From Tubulanus polymorphus (Eukaryota; Animalia; Nemertea): 64,000 nt of DNA. The notes under the pieces are model-generated. The model saw nothing but the letters and a program-made list of their open reading frames with translations, was not told the origin of the DNA and did no database searches. The stretch covers positions 12,370,485-12,434,484 of the forward strand of contig NC_134027.1 in NCBI RefSeq assembly GCF_964204645.1. The letters are read 5' to 3'. Shown piece by piece: positions 51,201 through 60,300 of the stretch. The first letter of the stretch is position 1; each line of letters starts with the position of its first letter. The position numbers and the translations under genes were made by a program.

Positions 51201-53832
51201 ATTGACATTAACCATTATCATGAAAAACATGTCAGTGGTCTTGTCATTGCAGCTGATGTGTAGGTGTTCAGTTAAAATGTCATATTACTCACATTTCTCA
51301 GTAATTTAATAGCTGATACGTCAGCATTATTAGCGCCTTACCGGATCATCGTCGATCCAATACATCATGGTGCAAAGAATATTACAAAGGTCGTTAGCTC
51401 ATTTAAAAATTGAATTCAGAAATATAGCAGCAAAAAAGTGATAACAAGTTTTCTGCCTAGTAGCATCATTGACTCAAACTTTAAGGATAAATACAGAAAT
51501 GATATGTATCATTATATATGACCCTAAGAATTGCCTTCTAAATCACAGGGTTCAAACAGGTTTTAACCCTTTCAGTGCTTCTATACCGCATGGCGGTGTA
51601 TAAATTGATGGACTCTGCAAGTACATTGCATCATGGTGTATTGATGTGATTAGTAATTAATTTTATCTCTACTGAAACGGAAATCTGTGAAATATTAAAT
51701 GAATGATAAATTCGTGAAATAGTATCTAATGATACACTGCTCTGGGATGTAGACCCACTAGAGCAGTATGCCCCTGAGACTGAGGTTGAATTATTTCGAA
51801 ATTTTTCGAATCATCTCCAGCACTTCTGGGTATTAATTAGATATTAGAAATGATTAAAGTATTACTCAATAAAATTTCAATCTGAATTGGTGTGTAGCGG
51901 ATTCAAACCCTAGACAACGGTGTCTAATTTGTCAGAGCGGAAGCAAAATTGAATTTGATTGGGATGTGAACATGATAGTTGATTGAGTGATTTAGTATTT
52001 AGGATTTAGTATTCGAAAAAATCGAATGAAGGCAAAGGCCTATGTACTTAACATTGAAATTGTGCTTAACCCTTCAAGTGCCAGGCAACTATACATTTAC
52101 TACCCCTCGACCCCAGCCATTGTCCCAATAAATTAGCCCAATTGAGGGTTCCCTTTGACAATGTATACCAACTTATGTGGTATAGAGCGAAGGTGCCTAA
52201 GAAAAAGTTCTAGCTAAATGTATAACCTATTCAGAGAAACTTTTTAGAACTTATGCCGTTTTCATCTTTTAATTCCATTATCAGTAGGCTGATCAAAACG
52301 CTGAATATATGAAGATATTTTCAATTTTCTAAATCAATTTTCTACTGACAAAACATGAAAAGTGACCCTGACTTTTCTCAGAGTTAGTCGCAAGCTACAG
52401 GTCTGACAAGGGTGGAGGTTTCAACAAACGATAGACTGCAAAAATATTTGTGATATACAAAATGTGATATTTTAACAATGCACCTATTACAATTATATTA
52501 ATATCTATTATAAAGACTGGTAAGGGATGATAAGGGTTCCTAGTTCTTCAAGGCTAAGAAACCTGTAACTCAAACGAACGAATATTCAGTATCATACGAC
52601 ATTTGACCAGTATAGATAATTTTGTTAGACGATTCGGTAGATTTAACTGAGGAGTATGCTGAATGCATTATACACTTCATTGTAAGCTCAATACAATCAT
52701 ATTCATTCTACCAGTACTGAGTTACATATAACTGAGTAAGACCTACGAGCAATTATCAATTGCTCGTAGGTAAGACGTAACTGGTATCGTGATACAAATA
52801 TCGTAAAACCAAGATATTGTAATACTGATATACAATACAGATTTAATCTGAAAAATGCAACACAGGTTTGACAGATTTGTTAAGTAAATTTAGAAATAGA
52901 TAAAATTATCATTTTGCCAAATATGACTGCTGGCTTTAATCATTTTAATTGCAATAGCAATTGATCAAAGCAAATTTTTTAAAAAAAAAGGTTGCGAAAA
53001 AAATCTGGATCCAAATTCTTAAGTGCTTGCCAAGGTGCTAAGCCCATCTCTGTAGATACTGAAAACAATACTGACGTGCAATGTAACCTATACCGAGCAT
53101 TAATAAATCAGTTAAAACCATTGGATTGTTCATTGCAATGCTACTGTCTGATTCTCAAGGGAAATTTTTTTTTTTAAGTGTACTTAAATAAGTATTCTGT
53201 GAATTTCTCTACAATGTTTGAATCATAGAATATTCAAATCAATATTATTTAGATTATATACATAATTTATTTTCTGACCTTTCGATCAAATTGCAGTCTT
53301 CAGTGCAAATATTTTGTGATTTCTAAATGAGATAAACTTAGAAATGTATTCAGAAATTACTTAGATAATGGAGAGGAACATTGGTGGTCATTTCATTTTA
53401 GATAAAGTTTTTGATGTTACTTATAAAGTATTTTTGCGAACCCTTTTTGTCACTGTTTCAAGTAATCATGCTGTGAAGTTTTGAGGCCAGTTTTGTGGAC
53501 ATGTTAAAACTATTGAATCACTCGAGTTCATCTCAGGCAAAATTTAAGAACTGGTCCCTGAAACTCACCACTGATACCTTTTATTGAATCTAACATAATT
53601 CTCTCTCATATGAACTCTTTTCGATAGATTTAAAAAGCAATTCTCAGCACATATATGGTATGCTTTTGTAATTCTAGATAATCATCCGCAGTCGCCATCT
53701 CAAGAGAAAATTACGTTGAAACGAGTAATGGATTTTGTGAAAGATAAAGGGGATGAGAATTTGAAAGAGATGAACCGAAAGCTACAGCGTATGCTCGAGG
53801 AGACGCTTACAAAAAACATGCATTTAGAAAAA
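164..53832 (+). CDS. GRIPAP1: GRIP1-associated protein 1 (GRASP-1) homolog; partial multi-exon gene, 17 exons in window (5' exons upstream, last exon not located)
   Basis: 17 exons bounded by AG/GT join with consistent phases into one ~565-codon coiled-coil ORF. Motifs I recall from vertebrate GRIPAP1: [111 protein letters not shown]. No database search was run. Confidence 0.92.
1532..2440. mobile_element. Short TIR MITE split by the Harbinger insertion
   Basis: Left end gccagttgcacagtcgtgactt is the imperfect inverse of right end aagccatgactatgcaaccagc. Confidence 0.55.
1575..2344 (+). mobile_element. Non-autonomous PIF/Harbinger element with MADF (Myb/SANT-like) ORF relic
   Basis: TIRs AGGCTGGCTTATGTCGACAAGCAAC.../...GTTGCTTGTCGACATGAGCCAGCCT, TTA TSD on both sides. 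1951-2067 reads [31 protein letters not shown] (MADF-like). Inverted copy at 45149-45940. Confidence 0.85.
2853..5174 (+). mobile_element. DIRS1-type retrotransposon copy 1 (left ITR, gag, short RT fragment; 3' part lost)
   Basis: 2853-2975 is the reverse complement of the right ITR at 14345-14450. 4963-5049 matches 11385-11470 (9 differences in 87 nt by eye) and 5049-5174 matches RT sequence at 12334-12459. Confidence 0.88.
3180..5049 (+). pseudogene. DIRS gag-like ORF1 with one frameshift near 4493
   Basis: N-terminal Cys/His cluster (CGH...[10 protein letters not shown]...C...CKIC..W), Ser/Arg/Pro-rich middle. ORFs 3180-4565 and 4330-5190 join if one G is restored in TGGGGTG. Its C-terminus continues in copy 2 (ORF 11397-11792). 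Confidence 0.8.
6518..6597 (+). CDS. GRIPAP1: GRIPAP1 exon ([26 protein letters not shown])
   Basis: ttttcag acceptor, gtaaaa donor, phase 0 to 2. Confidence 0.88.
6904..7226 (-). mobile_element. tRNA-derived SINE
   Basis: Minus strand A box TGGCCGAGTGG, B box GGTTCGAAC, central GGCAAGACACTTATCC...CTCTCTCCACCCAGGAGTAAATGGGTACC domain, GCGCTATATAA plus (ATT)n tail; homologous to 55986-56300. Confidence 0.85.
7728..7775 (+). CDS. GRIPAP1: GRIPAP1 exon ([16 protein letters not shown])
   Basis: ttaccag acceptor, gtatgt donor, phase 2 to 2. Confidence 0.88.
8030..8348. mobile_element. Degenerate MITE (same family as 38540-38712, 57075-57304, 62770-63043)
   Basis: Shared blocks such as gccaaaatcttagcacagg and aactggttc. 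Confidence 0.55.
8403..8502 (+). CDS. GRIPAP1: GRIPAP1 exon ([34 protein letters not shown])
   Basis: catatag acceptor, AAG|gtatgt donor, phase 2 to 0. Confidence 0.85.
9216..9293 (+). CDS. GRIPAP1: GRIPAP1 exon ([26 protein letters not shown])
   Basis: aattag acceptor, CAG|gtctgt donor, 78 nt in phase 0, coiled-coil composition. Confidence 0.78.
11814..12800 (+). pseudogene. DIRS reverse transcriptase (disrupted) followed by methyltransferase-like remnant
   Basis: Motifs [67 protein letters not shown]; then IVLVAPCW. Stops and frameshifts present; no RNase H region seen. Confidence 0.88.
12871..13933 (+). pseudogene. DIRS tyrosine recombinase (frameshifted)
   Basis: [72 protein letters not shown]...[20 protein letters not shown]. 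Confidence 0.9.
16043..16171 (+). CDS. GRIPAP1: GRIPAP1 exon ([21 protein letters not shown]...IMLQLK)
   Basis: ttgtag acceptor, AAG|gtaact donor, 129 nt in phase 0. Confidence 0.85.
16368..17400 (+). mobile_element. HINE-like family 3
   Basis: 5' hairpin agggttttctg..cagaaaaccct followed by (TTA)n, with an internal repeated block. Inverted homolog at ~49690-50254. 3' end not identified. Confidence 0.7.
17485..19890 (+). repeat. 31-bp tandem array (TTTTGTCGCCCGCGACAATTCATTATTTTGG)n, roughly 75 units
   Basis: Directly visible; each unit holds the inverted repeat TTGTCGC-cc-GCGACAA. Confidence 0.97.
19899..21305 (+). mobile_element. Helentron-associated element (HINE/DINE-1-like) family 1, inserted in the 31-bp array
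   Basis: 5' subTIR/hairpin AG(T/C)CCACTTGG..CCCAGCGGGCT, (GTCC)n, five ~155-bp tandem repeats (20501, 20655, 20810, 20965, 21119), 3' subTIR CCCAAGTGAGC, short hairpin and CTAG-TT end. Confidence 0.88.
21310..21610 (+). repeat. Continuation of the 31-bp array (about 9 units)
   Basis: Same unit resumes immediately after the HINE 3' end. Confidence 0.95.
22008..22103 (+). CDS. GRIPAP1: GRIPAP1 exon ([32 protein letters not shown])
   Basis: ctacag acceptor, AAG|gtaaac donor, 96 nt. Confidence 0.88.
22283..23011 (+). mobile_element. hAT-like MITE, 729 bp, 6-bp TSD ATTCAT
   Basis: TIR CAGAGATGAGAA / TTCTCATCCCTG, ATTCAT on both sides; near-identical copy at 30814-31547. Confidence 0.9.
23291..24448. 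mobile_element. hAT-like MITE remnant (CAGGCC...GGCCTG) hosting HINE family 2
   Basis: Short CAGGCC termini and repeated aagtgccc motifs on both sides of the HINE. Confidence 0.45.
23382..24283 (+). mobile_element. HINE family 2
   Basis: After a T run: hairpin ATGCCCCCCAC..GTGGGGGCAT, (GTCY)n, about five 144-bp repeats (23602, 23746, 23889, 24033), 3' subTIR GTGGGGGCAT, hairpin gtcg..cgac, CTAG end. Confidence 0.88.
26001..26161. mobile_element. 161-bp MITE with GGGG-start TIRs
   Basis: GGGGTCATTCATTTATTACG / CGTAATAAATGAATGATCCC. Confidence 0.8.
26391..26537 (+). CDS. GRIPAP1: GRIPAP1 exon ([17 protein letters not shown]...KLNVEK)
   Basis: tttcag acceptor, AAG|gtaaat donor, 147 nt, conserved AEKRK-LLDEL motif. 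Confidence 0.9.
27295..28405 (-). mobile_element. 5'-truncated Penelope-like element (RT C-terminus plus GIY-YIG endonuclease)
   Basis: [26 protein letters not shown], then [33 protein letters not shown] (ORF 27512-27826); frameshifts present. Confidence 0.92.
27310..27348 (-). ncRNA. Minimal type-I hammerhead ribozyme-like motif in the Penelope 3' end
   Basis: Minus strand GC-CUGAAGA-GGGGAuaauguaacUCCC-GAAA-aag-UUC-GC; stems I and III are very short. Confidence 0.6.
28408..28665 (+). repeat. Fragment of the repeat family at 5270-5530
   Basis: Collinear similarity (atgatag.gcc.tcgttttagtaa ... gtttgtatcgatatgcagatg). Confidence 0.75.
30049..30318. mobile_element. hAT-like MITE
   Basis: TIR CAGGGCCGTCGGAA / TTCCGATGGCTCTG; no clean TSD. 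Confidence 0.7.
30814..31547 (+). mobile_element. hAT-like MITE, 734 bp, 6-bp TSD GCATCA
   Basis: Same TIRs and nearly the same sequence as 22283-23011, with a different TSD. Confidence 0.9.
32009..32122 (+). CDS. GRIPAP1: GRIPAP1 exon ([10 protein letters not shown]...[13 protein letters not shown])
   Basis: atatag acceptor, GAG|gtcact donor, 114 nt, conserved GWxER motif. Confidence 0.88.
32231..32341 (+). CDS. GRIPAP1: GRIPAP1 exon ([19 protein letters not shown]...QSNSLQ)
   Basis: ttatag acceptor, CAG|gtattg donor, 111 nt. Confidence 0.82.
32658..34924 (+). mobile_element. HINE family 1 copy with unrelated ~780-bp insert (about 33480-34265)
   Basis: Same 5' hairpin, (GTCY)n, 155-bp repeats and TCCCAAGTGGGC...CTAG end as 19899-21305. 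Confidence 0.88.
35515..35589 (+). CDS. GRIPAP1: GRIPAP1 exon ([25 protein letters not shown])
   Basis: taatag acceptor, CAG|gtgagg donor, 75 nt. Confidence 0.85.
36197..36253 (+). CDS. GRIPAP1: GRIPAP1 exon ([19 protein letters not shown])
   Basis: tttcag acceptor, gtatag donor, 57 nt, conserved EKKG. Confidence 0.88.
36659..36758 (+). CDS. GRIPAP1: GRIPAP1 exon ([33 protein letters not shown])
   Basis: ttgtag acceptor, gtaagt donor, highly conserved segment, phase 0 to 1. Confidence 0.93.
36841..37450 (+). mobile_element. Degenerate HINE family 1, 5' portion
   Basis: Starts AGCCCACTTGGG; contains tcagaatcaagatggc..actgg.agccatt. Confidence 0.6.
38195..38252 (+). CDS. GRIPAP1: GRIPAP1 exon ([19 protein letters not shown])
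   Basis: T-rich tcag acceptor, AG|gtgagt donor, phase 1 to 2. Confidence 0.86.
39130..39416 (+). mobile_element. HINE family 1, 3' fragment
   Basis: Two 155-bp-type repeats and 3' end caccacttctcaagtaggcattgtgcccctggacccc; shorter 3' fragments also at ~26165-26341, ~35425-35502 and ~39610-39785. Confidence 0.7.
39869..39938 (+). CDS. GRIPAP1: GRIPAP1 exon ([24 protein letters not shown])
   Basis: tttcag acceptor, gtaagt donor, phase 2 to 0; gives GDNSSISSW, similar to vertebrate GDSSSISSF. Confidence 0.86.
40372..40579 (+). CDS. GRIPAP1: GRIPAP1 exon (SSPNDAEM...[16 protein letters not shown]...HYVMESRI)
   Basis: ttgtag acceptor, G|gtaagt donor, conserved C-terminal coiled coil. Confidence 0.93.
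40634..41290 (+). mobile_element. Possible second Harbinger-derived element with MADF relic
   Basis: From ATG 40939, allowing frameshifts: [35 protein letters not shown] (MADF-like); weak terminal inverted similarity next to TAA/TTA. Confidence 0.45.
42650..43200 (-). mobile_element. Possible ancient LINE RT relic
   Basis: Minus strand fragments [11 protein letters not shown]...FK*GYKLS and GVLIDKH loosely follow I/Nimb-type RT motif order; very degraded. Confidence 0.3.
45149..45940 (-). mobile_element. PIF/Harbinger derivative, inverted copy of 1575-2344
   Basis: Same TIRs, TAA TSD on both sides, MADF relic [26 protein letters not shown] on the minus strand; another fragment at ~56685-56780. 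Confidence 0.88.
47353..47905 (-). mobile_element. HINE family 1, minus strand, central repeats absent
   Basis: Both termini intact (ctaggggtccagggacaccatgcccacttggga ... gtcccaagtgggct), no 155-bp repeats. Confidence 0.88.
48960..49432. mobile_element. TIR element with tandemly duplicated right end and internal tRNA-like head
   Basis: Left gttacctgtacgtgactgtacggtgatttctacaggtta is the inverse of 49243-49280 and 49363-49403 (120-bp duplication); minus-strand A/B-box-like sequence at 49040-49103. Confidence 0.65.
49690..50254 (-). mobile_element. HINE-like family 3, inverted copy
   Basis: Reverse complement of ~16368-16640 including the hairpin; inner boundary approximate. Confidence 0.7.
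53678..53832 (+). CDS. GRIPAP1: GRIPAP1 exon ([11 protein letters not shown]...[27 protein letters not shown])
   Basis: ttctag acceptor, gtaagt donor, phase 1 to 0, conserved LEExLTKNMHL motif. Confidence 0.93.
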
Positions 53833-55985
53833 GTAAGTAACTAACGCCGGCCACACTGTATTTGAAATCTGGAGTTTTATGAATAGATACCCGCCTTCCT
53901 ACGCATTCAGTATTAAATTATTTGATGTTGAATTCCTATCCTTGAGACAGGATAAAAATAGTTGCTACTTATCTCATCTTCTGTGCATCCCTGTTTTGTG
54001 TTCATTGTAAAGACAAATTTGAACAAATTGACTAATACAATGCGAATTTTTTTAATTGAATGAACATGCATGTTTTGATAAGAGTAGTTGTTATCATCAA
54101 CTATGGTCTAAAAGTGTTCATTATTCTCATCACAATTTCACAATACGCTGTGTGCAGTTATGTTGCATGGCGATAGAATCTGAACCCGGAAAATGGAATA
54201 TTCTATTTGGTCGAAAGAAGAAATTAGTGCAGCCAGTGAATTATCTGAATTTAGATGAATCTCTGTGCGCTGTCATCTCTCTCAACAGCTTTGTCGTGTC
54301 TGCCACACGACGTTGATATTGATCATTTGAAATGTCATAGTTCATTTCAAATCTTACATTCTCGCATCCTCGTATATTGCAAGCGTGTTATTCCATGTAT
54401 CGCAGTTCTTCTCATGCGTCAATAATGTCGACTCCATTTCACTTTCAAGTATTCATATCCTGATATTATTGTTGGTGTTCAGGTTGATAGACAATTCGAA
54501 CTTACTTATAACGAGCCATCACGAACTGTAGCTACATTTATACAAGGAGTTAGATTCAGTATTTAGTGATCAGTGGACCTAGTTTTATAGTTCTCAGCTA
54601 TGATTTTAGTCTAGGTTTGAACTATTGGAAGTGCACTAGTTTTAACTCTTGAGCCTATGGAACTAAAAGAAACGATAACATGAGAACTTTTATTGATATT
54701 ATTGATATCTTAAAAAAATAGCAAATATATTTTCAACAATAAATGATATAAATGATAAATTATTAAATCGTATAATATTAAGGATCAAATTATATAAAAT
54801 TAAGGCTCAATAAAGTTATTTTGAATTTGAACATCGATTATTGAATCGAATTGACCAGAAACCAGTCTAGCCCCGATATACTGGTGACGTAGTGCACAAC
54901 CTCGAAAAGATTTATCTAATCAAAAAGAAATAAGAGAATATGAAATATATTTGATTACAAAATAAACGCCAAAATTCACAATTGTAATTGTTACTTATTT
55001 TGAAACACCGATATTGATTGACCTAGTACATATTGACTCACACCTTAAATAACGAAAAGCAGGTATCGATATATATAAGAATTATTGTAACGGCTATCAC
55101 AGCGTCCAAAAAATATTCAAGACCTATTCGAGGCATATTAGATAGTGAGGTCGATAGTAAAAATGTTGTTAGGGTTGAAGGGTTTGTAGCATTAAATTGT
55201 GTTTTTTCTTGTCCAGCTCTTGCTGAAATCTTGCATGCAATTGGTATTGAAAATCGGTTTCATTGTCACGTAAATTCTTACGACGGAATACCCTTAAGCC
55301 CTCACTTAAGCGTCACTCATCTCTTCTTGCTTATCCTGTCACTTTGGATACAATTCCATCAATGCTGTTGCGGTCTTCCTTTTCAAATAGTTGTCGATCC
55401 TAACAGTAAGCTAGCTGTCTAGATTTACATTGATTGTTTATTGTGTGTTTGCTTGGTTGTCCTATGAATAAGATCAAATTCAAGTGATCCCAGCTCTTCC
55501 TTGTGCTTTAACTGATGGGATCAATGTCTCTTCGGGGACTCTGGACCGCATTCTTCTCCAGTCTTTCAATGTTAAGCATTTTACCACTAAGAAAAATGAT
55601 AGATTTCGATCAGTTTCATTGATTTGTTTTTCGCTGTTCTTAGAAGATAATGCTACCTGTAATGATAGTAATGATAGATTTTGATATATCGTTTTGTGTG
55701 TTCTGAAATAACTTTCTTGAATGCGTTGAATAAACATCCGTTCACCGGTGCAAGATCTGAAAATAGAACACGCTCAAATATTCAGCGAGTCATTTAGTCA
55801 TGAAGTTCTTACAGATAATAACGAAGATTAATGGAGAGTTGCCTACTTTCCCTGTTTTTATTTAGAAATCGGGATTGTCATTCTTATTTGTTTGATTTGA
55901 TTTGAATTGCTTAATGGTTGATGGTTATTTAGTGTCTGTTACAATCCTATTGCACCTACCAGGAACAAAATGGTTATTTGATTTT

Positions 55986-56300
55986 GTGGAGCGGTGTGGC
56001 CGAGTGGTTACAGTTTTGAGCTCTGGTAAGCCAGGTCGTGGGTTCGAACCCCTTACAATACTGTTTTTCAGGCAAGACGCTTATCCTCATTGCCTCTCTC
56101 CACCCGGGAGTAGATGGGTACCTGGCCTGATAGATAACTCCTGAGCGTTTGTTAGCCACTCGGTGTTACTACTCCCCAGGAAGAGATGACTGATACATGT
56201 TATAGTATTAGAAAAACAGCTGGGGTAATAATGCCGGAAATGTTAAGCGCTCTAAGCAGCTTCCTGGATTTAGCGCTATATAAGACCATATTATTATACT
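55986..56300 (+). mobile_element. tRNA-derived SINE
   Basis: A box TGGCCGAGTGG, B box GGTTCGAACC, same central domain and GCGCTATATAA tail as 6904-7226. Confidence 0.85.
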
Positions 56301-57074
56301 TTTATCATTATTAAGTCGAAATACAGATAAACATGGATGGTCAGTCATATTTACAATATTTTACGGTCTATCATTGGAGCTTATTGTGTGTGATTTAAAT
56401 TAGACAGTAATTACTGTAAATACGTGCAAATGTCCTCATGAAAATGTGATTAAATGTCGATGAGTTGTTTAGTAAAATACTTAACAACTTAAATTGAGAA
56501 ATGAAGATTTCCACATGAAATAAGTGAAAATGTGAAGTGAAATTCACTTTGTATTTCTAATTGATACTTCACTTTCAAAGAAAAATTAAACACTCATTGG
56601 ATTGCTTATGACACGAGCTGTCTACTTTGTTTGATGTAGCTATATCATTTTAATTTGTTATGTGAGCATCGGTTCAAATACCAGTAACTGTAACTGACGT
56701 AAGCGGGGAAGCAACTGGCGGGAAATCATATCCCGCTAATCGGACTCAGTTGCTGGAACTCGAAGCGGAGCTGACATAAATGTGAAAATTTTGTTGAGGT
56801 ATTATTTCTTGATGTAGGCGATCTATTAGTGAATTTTTATTGACTTTTGCGTTAGTTAAGTCCATATTTTCGTCAACTTACTGATTTCCAACTTTTGAAA
56901 GCAAAAGCGGAAGCAAAATAACTTTTGAAATTCAATGAATATTCCACCGAAGTAGTAAAACTTTCGAAGCGTGGATTTTATGCTATTCAAGCTCATAGTA
57001 ATTCATTAACTAATTACAAAGTTGATTTTTATCTCTTCGATTTTGTAGCTCTAGTTCTATTGTGGAGGAGCATC

Positions 57075-57304
57075 ATTGCCATTGGCACGGATCAGGCTCG
57101 GGCCAAATTTGGCCCGTGCCTAATTAGAGAGCGCGTTCGCACGCAAACCATTCACTCGATACTAAACAATGCTCAAAGAAAGCGAAGTGGATCATTTCCG
57201 GTGCCAGTTGCAATTCAAACGCAATCATTTGTCTGGTGCTAAAATTTGGCTCGGACCTGGTCCGACGTTTTTGGTCGGGCCAAAAATGCTCGTGTGATCG
57301 CAGC
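57075..57304. mobile_element. MITE (end ...GTGTGATCGCAGCT); reverse-oriented relative at 62770-63043
   Basis: About 200 bp of collinear reverse-complement similarity with 62810-63005. Confidence 0.7.
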
Positions 57305-60300
57305 TATTGACTATTGCTGCTTAGCAGTGATGAGATCAATACGTTCACATTGGCAATGTCGCTTTCATAGACTGAATATTGTCGGGAACAGATTGGCCTT
57401 TTTACTGCATATCCACACATTTTTGGAAGTTATCTTTCTTTGACGACCTCTTAGAGCACTGCCCTGGATTTTGCTTGCCTCAGATAGGTTTTATCATTCT
57501 GCAAGATCTGTGGCTAAAAAATACGTTGCAAATAATCAATAATCAGAGACCTATATCAACTTTGATGTTGATGAACTTCGTCAAACAAGTCAACAGACAG
57601 TAAGCCATAAAATCGTTGGTGGTAAACTTACAATCGGATAGGCCTATGGCTTTTTCACTGAGAACCTTAGCGCCAGTGATTTCAATATGTGATTTCAGCA
57701 TATACACTAACACGATGAATATCCTATCCGGAAGTTGTTAACACCCACCCAGTCCCGTTACAACTGAACTTATGGATATCTTGGTGAGTAAACTTTGTAG
57801 TGTCCTAGAAATTGAAGAACTACCAGCCTCTGATTGATTTAATTATCGTCTTACCTGGTTGTTTCATTAAAGAATACCCAACCCCTCCCATTACTATTAG
57901 ACTAAGATGTCAGCAATGATGATTTAAAACATTTTTTCTAGGTCAGTAATATGTCTCTCTAATTACGATTCCTAAATACTTGAATGTCTATTATAAGAAT
58001 TTTTTGCTCGTTTGAAAGAATTACCATGTTGATGTAGCCTTGTTCTAGATTGTAATGACTTCAGTGGAGGGTGAATTGTCCAAGAAATAGCGCATAGTTA
58101 CCAAGTGTGCCTGTTTGAAAGTTTCATTCCATTATGTCGATAATCCCTGCATAGCTGATGATATACTGATGGGTATAGGTGTGTATAGTAAGCACTCCTC
58201 CTGTTTTAGCCAGATTTCCATAAGGTTAAAGACCAGTCCAGTCCAGTATTCTTTAGAGTACACACTCCCAGGTTTATCACTCCCACTTTCATCAGTTTGC
58301 CGTGTTGATAAAGTCACCATCAATTTGTCACACAATCACGATATGGTGTATAATCATGTTACTTCTCTCAGGAGCTGATTGGTTATCCTGCTTTGACTGG
58401 CCGGGTTTTGCTAGGTGATCACTGTTCAAACTTTTCTGGCAAGTCCTGGCCAACTAAACCATCAACTGGCAAGATATCAAAAATTTTTTCTGATGCCATC
58501 ATATGTGGCAAATAGGCACTGTTTTCAGTGCACACTTTTCCAAATTTTTGCCAATTTTCATTCAACTTGTAGCTGCATTCACGCTACTTTATTTAGAACG
58601 GTTAGAATTTGTTCTGTTCCAATTTAGAATTGAAAAAAGCAATCATACATTCAAAAATTCATAACATGAAATTGTGCATTCTGATATTATATGTTGCCTA
58701 TCAGGTTTCATGATATTCATTCATATCCTGTTGTTCCATTCCAAATGCTTATCAGTGTGATAACATTTTATAAGATATGAAGATTTTTTAATCAAGCTGT
58801 GTTGCAGATATGTAGCCAATGGAATGATACATCCCTTGGCAAAGTTTCAAGGTCACATGATTCTACCCCTGGCAACAAAACTGATATGAATGATGATAAT
58901 GATGTCACTGACGGCAGTATTTAAATTTTGAAAATTGTGAAGATGTGTTGCAGTATGTGGTCCATGGCTTCCAGGGGAGAGTGTATTGCGGGCATTGTAA
59001 GTCTAGTTTACACACAAAAGTACCATGAGTAATATGTCAAACTATCATTCATTATGTTGGCAAATCAGTCAGTCAGATTCATGAACTGATCAGGTCTCAG
59101 ATGAACTTCTAGAAGGCACACCTGCACGTTCTATTGAGTTTTGGGTTCTAGGGGTGCTCCCCTAGAAATTCTTTAAAAATCAGATGCATAGAGGTGCAAT
59201 TTCATGATTTTGGATCTACACAATGTAGGTAGGCCTATGAAATTTGTTCAGTTAATAGAATAACTAGTCGCATAAAATCCATCGCTACATTTTCCCGCAA
59301 TTAAGCCTAAGTTTGGAATATTTTGAATGAGAAGTAACAAAAAAGTGTCATCAATGAATGAATATCTTTAGATAGTTGCTCAAATTTTTTCAGGCTGACA
59401 TAAAGGTGGGACTTCATCAACTATGTAAATTGCGATCTTTATGTCCTAGCACTTAAACTTCTCTGAGGGACAAGTGTCCTTTCAAGGCTATCTTAGCCTT
59501 TCTATCTGCTGATATCTGTTATGGCTGTATATATATATTGATTGAAAGCGACAAACTTTTCATCACTCTGACTGTCACATTCACAGGCAGGTGGCTTATA
59601 CCATCACAACCACGACAACCGCTACTACCACCGTGCTGCTCTGACAAGATTTGATAAGTTTCTTGATTGATCAATCTGTATCTGCAGTTCTATAAATAAC
59701 CGTACTCTGAAATTAGATTTTCGTTCATTCGTTTGCTGACACATACGTATCATTCATCCTGGCAGCAGACTCAGTATAGAATTTCAATAATGGTTGCACC
59801 GTATGTGTCACCAAGATGCCATCCTTTGCAGCTAGATTATTCTATAATTAGAATTTTTTTTGGGCAGTCTTTCAGTTTTCAATGATCTTCCCTGCATGTA
59901 ATCTGTAAAATTGACCTGGTGGTTTTAGCTAGTATCATCTTAAGCCTAGCGCACGCAGCAAGACATGAGCCACAAACAGAAATGCTTTTCTCGCTTGTTT
60001 TATGGCTGTATTTTGTGTTCAATTGCTGGCGAACTGAGGCATTGGAATATATCAACACAAGTCGGTTTTGGCTTTCGGATTTATGGCTTTACTGGGTACG
60101 CAAGTTGTTACACAAGATATCAGTCAATCCTCTTTTATCAGTGACATTTTATCACAAAAACAGAGTAGTTTATATGTAGTGGTTAATATTTCAGCAAAAT
60201 AGATTCGATGGAGATATTTTACCTGATGAACTTTTTGCATGGCGTTGTAGTTTAAAGACAGGAACTGCTGAAGCAAAGTTTCATTTGGAGTCCACCACAT

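Noticed and set aside
51563-52080. piggyBac-like TTAA-CCCTT termini
   Set aside because: No convincing matching right terminus or internal homology.
55033-55422. 129-aa ORF as a GRIPAP1 exon or separate gene
   Set aside because: Non-ATG start, no recognisable domain, not coiled-coil, no fitting splice sites.
55986-56065. tRNA gene (also 7150-7226)
   Set aside because: A/B boxes are followed by a SINE body and tail; no intact cloverleaf.
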